Made by a program: the position numbers and the translations under genes
In this document: positions 40,488 through 48,905 of the stretch, one piece after another
How the letters are laid out: the number at the start of each line of letters is the position of its first letter
Position numbering within the stretch: the first letter of the stretch is position 1
Assembly (NCBI GenBank): GCA_026004495.1
Contig: BPJG01000001.1
Coordinates: forward strand, 496,527 to 560,526
Direction of reading: 5' to 3'
Source: Candidatus Parcubacteria bacterium
GTDB taxonomy: Bacteria > Patescibacteriota > Minisyncoccia > UBA6257 > HR35
Length of the DNA stretch: 64,000 nucleotides
Notes under the pieces: generated by a model
Database searches by the model: none
What the model was told of the DNA's origin: nothing
What the model saw: the letters and a program-made list of their open reading frames with translations, nothing else

Positions 40488-41334
40488 TGTTTAAATTTTG
40501 AAGACAAAATTTAATTATTTCATCTGAAATACTGATTCCAGTTGTTTTTTGTATATTTTTGAACTCAATTGTATGGTTTAATTCATTGATTAAATAACCA
40601 TTATTAAATTCAAAAATATCAACTCCATAAATGCCCAAGGGTAATTTTTGAATTAAATTCTCGCATAAATTTTCTAAATCTTTATCCATATTACATAATC
40701 TAATTTTTCCTCCTCGAGCAGTATTAGATATCCAGTGAAAGTTTTCGCGATAAACAGCACAAATTATTCTGTTACCTACAATAGTTACTCTAATATCACG
40801 ATTAGGTTTAGTGATGTATTTAGTAGTATAAAAAATATTATGATAAGGAGCAGAAAGATAGCGTTTATGTTCTAATATTCCTTCAAAAGCATCGCGATCA
40901 TTTATTTTAGCTAATAATCTACCCCATGAGCCATATATCGGTTTTAATACTAAAGGGTAATCATTTAAAATTTTAGTTACTTCATCGATTAATTCTTCAT
41001 TAAAAAATACTAAAAAAGGAATTGTTGGTAATTTGTTTTTGATCAGAAATAGAGAAGTTAGAAATTTATTGGAACAAATATGATTAACTTGTGAATTATT
41101 TATTACTTTAATACCGAATGTTTCAAAAAAATAAACTATTTGATCGCCAATGAAATTTGATAAACACCTATTCAAAATTAATTTATAGTTAAATTTAAAA
41201 TTATTAGGATCTAAAATTAATTTATCTGTAGAAATTAAATTTATTTCAAGATTTAAATTTTTAGCCGATTGAATTAATAATTTTTCGTCTTCTCTTAAAA
41301 TATTGTATATTAAAGAAATCATTATTGTCCCCAA
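40480..41334 (-). CDS. lysX: RimK-type ATP-grasp ligase of the LysX/ArgX family (ligates substrate to the LysW C-terminus)
   Basis: 284 aa ATP-grasp fold. The track start is TTG. An in-frame ATG at about 41320-41322 overlaps the LysW stop as TAATG. Confidence 0.65.
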   Translation of the reverse strand: MGTIMISLIYNILREDEKLLIQSAKNLNLEINLISTDKLILDPNNFKFNYKLILNRCLSNFIGDQIVYFFETFGIKVINNSQVNHICSNKFLTSLFLIKNKLPTIPFLVFFNEELIDEVTKILNDYPLVLKPIYGSWGRLLAKINDRDAFEGILEHKRYLSAPYHNIFYTTKYITKPNRDIRVTIVGNRIICAVYRENFHWISNTARGGKIRLCNMDKDLENLCENLIQKLPLGIYGVDIFEFNNGYLINELNHTIEFKNIQKTTGISISDEIIKFCLQNLNND

Positions 41335-41498
41335 TCTTCTTCAATATGAGGTGCTTCTTCTAAAGTAATATTATTACCTATTATATTTTTAACAACTAAT
41401 TTATTATTACAGCTTTCGCAATTTAATAATTCATTTTCTTCTAGTAAACTTTGAAAAGAAATTTGAGAACCACAAATTGGACATTCAGCTTGATTCAT
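41322..41498 (-). CDS. lysW: Amino-group carrier protein LysW (58 aa, zinc ribbon)
   Basis: Absent from the ORF track because it is shorter than 60 aa. Minus-strand translation reads MNQAECPICGSQISFQSLLEENELLNCESCNNKLVVKNIIGNNITLEEAPHIEEDWGQ. CxxC...CxxC zinc ribbon and the acidic EDWG tail of LysW. The terminal residue is Gln (CAA), not the canonical Glu. Confidence 0.7.
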   Translation of the reverse strand: MNQAECPICGSQISFQSLLEENELLNCESCNNKLVVKNIIGNNITLEEAPHIEEDWGQ

Positions 41499-41570
41499 TT
41501 TGGTAAATTAAAAAAATTAATTACGACATTTTTTATAAACTTTATAAACTGAGATAAATAAAATTATAAT

Positions 41571-42227
41571 TTATAATTTTTCAAAATCAATGGTTATTAA
41601 AGTATTTGAAGATAACTTTTGAAAATTAAAATTTAATATCTCTTCAGAGCAAATTAAAATTATTTCATTATCTTGGTATAATCTTAAACTAAAATAATCT
41701 TCATTTTGGCTAAAAATAGAAATTAAATTTAATTTTTTTAAATTTAAATCAATTAGAATAACATTCATTCCTATGATTAATTTAGTTTTCTTAACTATAA
41801 TTTGATAAAAATTTTCCCAATAATTATTAATATCTTTATTATGTAATTGCTTAATTAAATTAAATAATTTTTGAGAACCAATCTTGCCCGAAATATTTAT
41901 TTTTACACCTCTTAATAATCCATTAAAAATAAAAATTAAACTATCATCAAAAAAGGGTTGATTAAATTCAATTTCATTTTTACTATTATGAGCCGAGCGA
42001 CTATGAGCTATCAACAATTTGTCATCTAAAAAATTTTTAAATAAATATTTTTCTTCCCAAATAGGATTAATTGATTTATAAAATTGTTTAGTAGTAATGA
42101 TACCCCACCCATCTTTTTGGCGATCGCCATCAGGAGTTAAACTCCTTTCACAAATATTAGCAAAATTTTCTAAAAAATAACTAATATCAATTTTCTTTTT
42201 TGAAATAACAGTTAATAATCTACACAT
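41571..42227 (-). CDS. Class II (Ntn-type) glutamine amidotransferase-like protein, stand-alone
   Basis: 218 aa. It begins Met-Cys (MCRLLTV...), a candidate N-terminal nucleophile. DGWGI and IAHSRSAHNSKNEIEFNQPF resemble the RGxDxxG and HxRxATxG...NxQP motifs of GATase_2 domains. It is embedded in the lysZJ-W-XY operon. Confidence 0.45.
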   Translation of the reverse strand: MCRLLTVISKKKIDISYFLENFANICERSLTPDGDRQKDGWGIITTKQFYKSINPIWEEKYLFKNFLDDKLLIAHSRSAHNSKNEIEFNQPFFDDSLIFIFNGLLRGVKINISGKIGSQKLFNLIKQLHNKDINNYWENFYQIIVKKTKLIIGMNVILIDLNLKKLNLISIFSQNEDYFSLRLYQDNEIILICSEEILNFNFQKLSSNTLITIDFEKL

Positions 42228-43362
42228 TTTTTATAACTTCTTTAAATTTTTCGATAAAATAATCAATATCTTTCAAGCTAATAATATAAGGTGGTAGAAG
42301 GCGAATAACATTATCTCCAGCCGGTATCGTTAAAATAAAATTTTCTTGAAGTTTTTTAATTATTTCTGTTCTTTTATTATTTACTTCTATTCCAATCATT
42401 AATCCCTTTCCTCTTATATCTTTTAATAAAGGAGAATTAATTTCTTTTAATCTTTTTATTAAATAATCACCTTTTTCTTTTATTTTATTTAAAAAATCAT
42501 CATTTAATAATTCCGTGATTTTTAAAGCTACACTACAAGCCACTAAATTACCGCCAAAAGTTGAGGTATGAAAAAATTTAGGAAGACTTTTGGCTATTTC
42601 TTCTTTAACAATTACAGCACTTAGAGGAAAACCATTAGCAATACCCTTACCTAAGCAAATTATATCTGGAGATACTTCTTCCCATTGACTAGCTAAAAAT
42701 TTTCCTGTTCTTCCTAAACCTGTTTGAATTTCATCTATTATTAGAACAATTTTATTTTTTTGACATAATTTAGATAATTGCTCTAAATAACCAGTAGGTA
42801 GTAAATTTATACCTCCATCTCCTTGAATTGGTTCAATTATTATTACTCCTATTTGCTGATTAATATAACTTAATAATTCATCAAAATTTCCATAATCAAT
42901 AAAATCTACCTTAATTAAAATATCATTTAAATTTGTTTTGTATTTACTATTATAAGTTACCGAAAGTGAACCCAAGGTTTTACCGTGATAACTATTTTTC
43001 ATTGCAATAATTTTTGTTTTTTTAGAAAAATAAAGAGCAAATTTTAAAGCCGCATCTATTGCTTCAGCACCCGAATTCAAAAATAAAATTTTACCTTCAA
43101 TATTACATTTAGCTAATAATTTTTGAGCTAATTCATTTCTAATTGGATTGATAAAACTATTATGAAGATTAATTAGTTCATCTATTTGTTTATTGGCGAT
43201 TTTATTCAGTATATTATTTCGATAACCCAAAATATTAGCTCCATAATTTGACATCATATCTAAATATTTGTTACCATTTTGATCATATAAATAACATCCT
43301 TCACCTTTTATTATTTCTAGGCCTCGATTTAAATATAAATCAAGAAGATAATCTAGTTTCAT
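42220..43362 (-). CDS. argD: Acetylornithine/LysW-lysine-semialdehyde aminotransferase (class III PLP)
   Basis: 380 aa. Class-III aminotransferase with a PLP-Lys region around DIICLGKGIANGFP. Confidence 0.8.
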   Translation of the reverse strand: MKLDYLLDLYLNRGLEIIKGEGCYLYDQNGNKYLDMMSNYGANILGYRNNILNKIANKQIDELINLHNSFINPIRNELAQKLLAKCNIEGKILFLNSGAEAIDAALKFALYFSKKTKIIAMKNSYHGKTLGSLSVTYNSKYKTNLNDILIKVDFIDYGNFDELLSYINQQIGVIIIEPIQGDGGINLLPTGYLEQLSKLCQKNKIVLIIDEIQTGLGRTGKFLASQWEEVSPDIICLGKGIANGFPLSAVIVKEEIAKSLPKFFHTSTFGGNLVACSVALKITELLNDDFLNKIKEKGDYLIKRLKEINSPLLKDIRGKGLMIGIEVNNKRTEIIKKLQENFILTIPAGDNVIRLLPPYIISLKDIDYFIEKFKEVIKNV

Positions 43363-44174
43363 TTATTAATAAAAGTTCCAATTTTTTTATTTAAGGCATC
43401 TTGAATGCAATTTTTTATCCTTCCATCGGTAATAAAAATTTCTGAATCAAAATTAGTTAAAATGTTTTTGATATTTAATAATTTTTTTTTGAAACCATAG
43501 GTTAAATTTTGATTTAAAAGTTTATCAATATCATTAAGATTAAAATTTCGAATAAGACTATTTTCGTCATTAATATTTTTTAAAATACCTGGCTTATCAA
43601 TTACCATTATAATTTTAGTTGGCTTATATTCTTTAGCTAAAAAATAAATTAATTGCTCATTATCAACATTGACTATTTCTCCTTCAGCTGTAATAACTGG
43701 CTGACTAATTACTAAAATAAACTTATTTTCTAGTAGCATATCAATAAGATTTTTATTTATTTCTATAACTTTTCCAGTTAAATTATTGTCAATCAATTTT
43801 ATTTTGCCATCAATTTTAGCAGTTAAAAATTTTTTTCTTTTAGCTATAATTAATTCACCATCAATTCCACTCAAACTAATAGCATTAATTTTTCTTTTTA
43901 TCAACAAACTAACGAATTTTTTACTAACTAAACCTGCATAGCTCATTAAAATTAAATCGATAATATTATTATCAGTAAAAACACTTTTATAACCACTTTC
44001 TGATTCAATAATTCTAATTTGAATATTTAATTTTTGAGCTAATTCATTTCTATACTGATTAGCACCGATAATTATTATAATTTTTTCATCACTATTTTTT
44101 ATCATATAACTAATATCATCGGCTAAGTATTCTAAATTTATATTTTTACTTCCTCCTATTTTTATTATTAACAT
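43359..44174 (-). CDS. argB: Acetylglutamate / LysW-aminoadipate kinase (amino-acid kinase family)
   Basis: 271 aa. MLIIKIGGS... follows the AAK fold pattern. 4-nt overlap with argD. Confidence 0.7.
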   Translation of the reverse strand: MLIIKIGGSKNINLEYLADDISYMIKNSDEKIIIIIGANQYRNELAQKLNIQIRIIESESGYKSVFTDNNIIDLILMSYAGLVSKKFVSLLIKRKINAISLSGIDGELIIAKRKKFLTAKIDGKIKLIDNNLTGKVIEINKNLIDMLLENKFILVISQPVITAEGEIVNVDNEQLIYFLAKEYKPTKIIMVIDKPGILKNINDENSLIRNFNLNDIDKLLNQNLTYGFKKKLLNIKNILTNFDSEIFITDGRIKNCIQDALNKKIGTFINK

Positions 44175-44291
44175 TGAAAATAATTTTTTAAAAAGTTTAT
44201 AATAAATACTTTTCGAATTAATTAAATTTACGATTTTATTATTTAATTTTATTTTAGATTCTTTAATTAAAAAAATATTATAATTAAATTT

Positions 44292-45923
44292 TTAATTAAT
44301 TTTAAAAGGGAATAGGCTTTCTAAGGTTTCTTTTTTAAATTTATCCTCTACTATTTTATTAAGAGCTATAATTGATATTATATCTTCCTTGTCTAATTCT
44401 AGTTCAAGGGGTAATTTTATTCCTCCAAATAAATTCTCGTAGTCTTTTTTTATTATTTCTATTTTGGGATTAAAAAATATATCACTTATTTTATCGGGTA
44501 AACTTTCTTCAATTTCTTTAAAATTGCCATTTATATAATTTTCAAAAATGAACATTAATAATTTTCTAATAAAAATATTCTTTATTATTTTAAGATGCTT
44601 TTTATCTTGATTTTTTTCATTCCAGGTAATTATCCACTCTTCTAAACTTTTTTCTCCTTCTTCTTTTTTTCTAATTTCATTTATGATATTATCAACTTTT
44701 TCTTTTTCTTCTTTTAGGTGTTCAAAATAATTTATTTTTTCTAATAAACTAATAAATTTTTTACTATCTATTTTGATTTCTGAAAATATTTTATCTTTGT
44801 TTATTAAGAATTCTTTAGTTTTTAAATAAAAATCAACAACCCTAATCCTATTTCTAGTTTCTTGATTTACAGGACTTGATAAAGTTTCTTCTAGTCCCAT
44901 ATACTTTGCTGTGTAAAAAAATGGTTCTGAATTTCCAAATAAAAACCTTATTGTATCATTTTCTGTTTTGCCCTCGCTAGATATTTCAAAAATTCTAAAT
45001 CTTTCTTGAGGTTTTTCGGCCTCTAATAATTCTGGTAGACCTAATTTTTTTCTTAATTCGTTAAACTTGCCATATTCTGCGCCTATATGAACTAAATTTC
45101 CTAATATACATATGAGAACAATAAATTCATATGTTATGTCTTTAATCATTTTATTTTTTAAATCATCTAAATAATCTTTTGTAATGCCTAAATCTTCTAT
45201 AATATTTCTTAGGGTTTCGTAATTATCCAAAAGGACATCAGCTAATTGACTATTAATATCTGTAATATTTTGTATTTTTTCATTAATATTTTTGAAAGAA
45301 TTATAATAATCTTTCAAAATAGAAATAACAGTTTTTTGTGCTTCTTCAATAAAAATACCTCTTAAATTAATTTTTAAATTTGAAAGTTCTTTATTTAATA
45401 AAATTTCTAAATTTTCACTAATTTCTTTTTCCCATCCTTCGTTAGATAAATAATCCATTAATTCTAAATGAAAATCTAAAGAAGTTTTAAATTTTTTGTT
45501 TTTAAGAAAAGGTATAATATCACATAAAGAAAATCTAAAATTTCCTAAATATATAAAATCGGGTCTTTCTTGTTCATATTTTTGGTAATAAACTGGATAA
45601 TTAAATATTTTTTCATCATCATCTATAACTTGTTCAATTCTTTTAAAACCTAAATTTAAATAATCTATAGCTCTAGGTCTTAAATGAAGAGTAGTGCTTA
45701 TATATTTTATATTTTGATTACCTAAGATATTCCTAATTTTATTTTTAATATTTTCTAATTCTTCTTCCTTTATATTATACTTTTCCGATATGAATTTTAG
45801 ATCATTAGAAATGGCTTCTTTTCTATTTTCTAAAAAATATTTAAATTTTTCTAATTCTCTAGGATAATCAAATTTTTCTTCTTTATCTAATTTTTTTGTT
45901 TCATAATATTCTCTCTTTTTCAT
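44292..45923 (-). CDS. Hypothetical protein (543 aa), no recognisable domain
   Basis: Long, continuous, host-like ORF. Soluble, rich in K, E and I. Immediately upstream of the lysZ cluster on the same strand. Confidence 0.3.
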   Translation of the reverse strand: MKKREYYETKKLDKEEKFDYPRELEKFKYFLENRKEAISNDLKFISEKYNIKEEELENIKNKIRNILGNQNIKYISTTLHLRPRAIDYLNLGFKRIEQVIDDDEKIFNYPVYYQKYEQERPDFIYLGNFRFSLCDIIPFLKNKKFKTSLDFHLELMDYLSNEGWEKEISENLEILLNKELSNLKINLRGIFIEEAQKTVISILKDYYNSFKNINEKIQNITDINSQLADVLLDNYETLRNIIEDLGITKDYLDDLKNKMIKDITYEFIVLICILGNLVHIGAEYGKFNELRKKLGLPELLEAEKPQERFRIFEISSEGKTENDTIRFLFGNSEPFFYTAKYMGLEETLSSPVNQETRNRIRVVDFYLKTKEFLINKDKIFSEIKIDSKKFISLLEKINYFEHLKEEKEKVDNIINEIRKKEEGEKSLEEWIITWNEKNQDKKHLKIIKNIFIRKLLMFIFENYINGNFKEIEESLPDKISDIFFNPKIEIIKKDYENLFGGIKLPLELELDKEDIISIIALNKIVEDKFKKETLESLFPFKIN

Positions 45924-45932
45924 ATAAAAATT

Positions 45933-46880
45933 TTATAACAATTTTGAAAATAAATTAAATGAGTTTTTAAATAAAACATACGAAGGAACATTAAACTTCC
46001 TTAGACTTTCACTAAATTCTAAATAATTCTTAATTCCTTCATAATTTTCATTAAATTTAAATCCAAAAAAATCAGTTCCTATTGCTAAATTGTTTTTGAA
46101 TTCATTTTTTAAATGCCTAAAAGTTTTTAGCCAATTTATAAAATTAATTTCTCCATTAATATTTATTGAATAAGGCAGGCAAGTTAATCCAATTAACCCT
46201 CCTATGTCTTTTAATAATTTTAGGTTTTTTATATCCAAGTTTTGTTCAAAGTCGATTAATTCTTTAAATCCATTATGAGAGAAGATAACAGGCTTTTTAT
46301 AAATTTTTAAAATATCTCTGAATGTGTTTATAGATGAGTGAGCTAAATCTAATACAATTGGTAGTTTCTCTAATATTTTTATTAATTGCTTGCCTTCTTT
46401 TGTTAAACCCTTATTAGTTGTATTTTTTAATGAAGCAGAAAATTTTGTGTCTTCATTCCAATTTAATCCGAATACCCTTATACCTTTTTTATATAGTGAA
46501 TATATATCACTAATATTATTTAAAAAATTTAATCCTTCTGTACCCAAGATTAATCCTATATTTTTGGATTGTAAAACATCCTTTAAATCTCTTTTGTTAT
46601 ATATGATTTTAAATATCTTAAATCTATTTATCCATTTTAAGAATCTCTCTAATCTTTCCATAAATTGAGTAATATTTATAGGAACCCATTTATTATTTAT
46701 AAATTCAAAAGGAAAAATATTTACGACAGCAAATTTTAACCCTGATTTTAAAAATTGTGGTATATCACCATGCCTTTTTAATTCTAATATACTGAGATTT
46801 TTATATTTCATATTCAAAAATTTAGGGAACCTAAGATAAACTTCTATATCAAGATGTAAATCAAATATTACATTTTTCAT
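45933..46880 (-). CDS. Peptidase M19 (membrane/renal dipeptidase family)-like metallohydrolase
   Basis: 315 aa. N-terminal IFDLHLDI resembles the DGHND metal site. VIFSHNGFKELIDFEQNLDIKNLKLLKDIGGLIGLTC matches the M19 pattern SHS...RN..D..L....GG.IG. Confidence 0.45.
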   Translation of the reverse strand: MKNVIFDLHLDIEVYLRFPKFLNMKYKNLSILELKRHGDIPQFLKSGLKFAVVNIFPFEFINNKWVPINITQFMERLERFLKWINRFKIFKIIYNKRDLKDVLQSKNIGLILGTEGLNFLNNISDIYSLYKKGIRVFGLNWNEDTKFSASLKNTTNKGLTKEGKQLIKILEKLPIVLDLAHSSINTFRDILKIYKKPVIFSHNGFKELIDFEQNLDIKNLKLLKDIGGLIGLTCLPYSININGEINFINWLKTFRHLKNEFKNNLAIGTDFFGFKFNENYEGIKNYLEFSESLRKFNVPSYVLFKNSFNLFSKLL

Positions 46881-47923
46881 GGAATTAATTTTAACTCTCT
46901 TTGAATATTTTCAAATTTTTCTCTTATCTCTACTCTAAGATTATGAAAATGAATACTTTCATTAACTTCTACCTCTAATTCTATAAGACTTTTAGGATCT
47001 AATTTCTTACCTAAGCTTTCTACTGATTCTTTTACAATTTCTCTTGCTACATCTTCACAAAATTGTTCTTTTATCAAAGCTTCTTTAATAAAATCAAACT
47101 CATCTTTACCGCTTAATAATTCTCTAGTAATTAAAACACTCTTATTCAAAATTTTATAAATTTCATTATGAGTTATATTATTTTTTAAATCTTCAATTAT
47201 TAACTTTGCCGTACCTAAATTAGTATGAGATCCAAAATTTAATGGATTAATTACTTTATAAATATCCTTATCAGATAAACCTAAACTTTTTAAATAATGA
47301 TAAGCTTCTCTTATACTCCATCTTTGAGGACAAGGGCAAGCATTCATAAATGGAACATCCATCCCTAATTTGTATCTAATTTCATCTTTATTTAAAAAAC
47401 CAATGGCTATAATTTTTATGTTTTCATGAGCTAATCTACCGGATGAATTTTTATCAATTAACTTTTCATAATTAAATACAATCTTTATAATACCAGTTTC
47501 TCTATTTTGTAATTCTGCTGCATATTTAATAAGATTTTTTAAATATTCTTTTAAATTAGTTCTACTAAACTGATATTTTTGCATAGCTTTTTCTATTCGA
47601 GACATATGTAAACCTCTCTGATTTTCTGGCAAATCAAAGAATATTTCAATATCTACTTCTGGTTCGATTATTTTATTTTTTTCAAAAATATCTTCAATTT
47701 GTATTTTATGTTTTCTGTTTGTTACTCCTACTTTTGGAAGTGGAAATAAAATTTTTGGAGTAGAAGCTGGTATATCTACAAAATTTTTTTCATCTATATT
47801 TTCAAAATTTTTTATACCTTTGACCTCTAATAGTGGTTGAAATTGGAATGTTGATACTACCTTTTGATTTTTTAAACTTCGAACTTTCAACGATTTTAAT
47901 GAACCAAAAATTTTGTTTATCAT
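46877..47923 (-). CDS. Possible GTP cyclohydrolase FolE2/MptA-family (T-fold) protein; uncertain
   Basis: 348 aa. GLHMSRIEK resembles the G-T-H-M-S-R-F segment I recall from FolE2/MptA, and there is a C-terminal CPCPQ Cys pair. The recollection is not firm. Overlaps the M19 gene by 4 nt. Confidence 0.3.
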   Translation of the reverse strand: MINKIFGSLKSLKVRSLKNQKVVSTFQFQPLLEVKGIKNFENIDEKNFVDIPASTPKILFPLPKVGVTNRKHKIQIEDIFEKNKIIEPEVDIEIFFDLPENQRGLHMSRIEKAMQKYQFSRTNLKEYLKNLIKYAAELQNRETGIIKIVFNYEKLIDKNSSGRLAHENIKIIAIGFLNKDEIRYKLGMDVPFMNACPCPQRWSIREAYHYLKSLGLSDKDIYKVINPLNFGSHTNLGTAKLIIEDLKNNITHNEIYKILNKSVLITRELLSGKDEFDFIKEALIKEQFCEDVAREIVKESVESLGKKLDPKSLIELEVEVNESIHFHNLRVEIREKFENIQRELKLIP

Positions 47924-48007
47924 TTTTAATTTTTATTTATAACTTTTAAGTATCAATAAAGAATAATAATCGACCAGTATATTTTTTTAATATATAAAAT
48001 AAAAAGA

Positions 48008-48030
48008 CCGGCTTTTGTGCCGGCTTCTTT
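48008..48030 (-). terminator. GC hairpin (CCGGC-ttttgt-GCCGG) with flanking A/T runs; best read as a minus-strand intrinsic terminator
   Basis: On the minus strand the hairpin is followed directly by TCTTTTTATTTT. It could stop leftward transcription leaving the foreign trpS island. Confidence 0.4.
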
Positions 48031-48497
48031 AGATATTTTTTAAGATAACTAATTATGCCGGCACTCTTCCGATTCTTAATAATAAATTAATAATTAAAAA
48101 TAAATTCCAATTTTTTATAATCTCACTTTTCATTATTGTGAAAAATTTTAAATTAAAAAAAATTTTTGTCAAGAGTTTTAACTATTAAAGTAAATGTTAA
48201 TAATGATTTTGAATTTTAAACCGACAATGGAAATTAATATTTTCTCTTTTAGGTTATTTATTAATTAAAGTTATTTCATTAAAATTATTTTTTAATATTT
48301 ATATTATTTTTTGTAATTTAATCTTTTCTTTTATTTTATTTTTTAAACCAGTTTTAAAAGGTGAAACTATTGGGATGATTTTAATTGCTTTATTTATGAT
48401 AATTTTTTATTATTTTTTGGGATTTAATTGTTTATCATAATTAAAAAATTTTTTTATGTTTATAAGTTAACATTATTAAAAAAAATTTTTTTTGGAT

Positions 48498-48721
48498 TAA
48501 AATGGCGGTATCTTTTGGACAAAATCCGAACCTATTTTGAACAAAATCCCGATGCCGAAATCTAACCTGTGCGTCCGCCTTCGGCGGACGCACACCCACC
48601 CACCGCCCAAAACGAGCAAGCGGACAAAAATTTCCCCCCAGATTCTCCCTTGTCTGCTAGTTGAATGATTGAATTAAACTTGGCAAAATTTTATTATAAT
48701 AAATATAACAATAATAAAGTT
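48498..48721. repeat. IR1-L: left copy of a 224-bp inverted repeat, about 98% identical to IR1-R
   Basis: Its reverse complement matches 50174-50397 with 3 mismatches by manual alignment. About 50% GC. It contains a perfect palindromic hairpin GTGCGTCCGCC-TTC-GGCGGACGCAC at 48569-48593 and, at its inner end, a truncated copy (MIELNLAKFYYNKYNNNKVVAEKID*) of the N-terminus of the 68-aa HTH ORF. Confidence 0.85.
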
Positions 48722-48905
48722 GTGGCGGAAAAAATAGATTGATAGCGTCTCTCATTCTATAAATTTCAGGTGCAGTATTAAAACATTACCTAAATCAATA
48801 TCATGGAAAAATGGAGCAAAACTTTGTAATTCTTTTGGTATTTTTTGCTTCTTCATGGTTTTTTAAAAAAGAAATGCTGGAGTTGTTGAAATAACCCCAC
48901 CCCGT

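Noticed and set aside
46390-46668. ORF 46390..46668 (+) antisense to the M19-like gene
   Set aside because: Shadow ORF.
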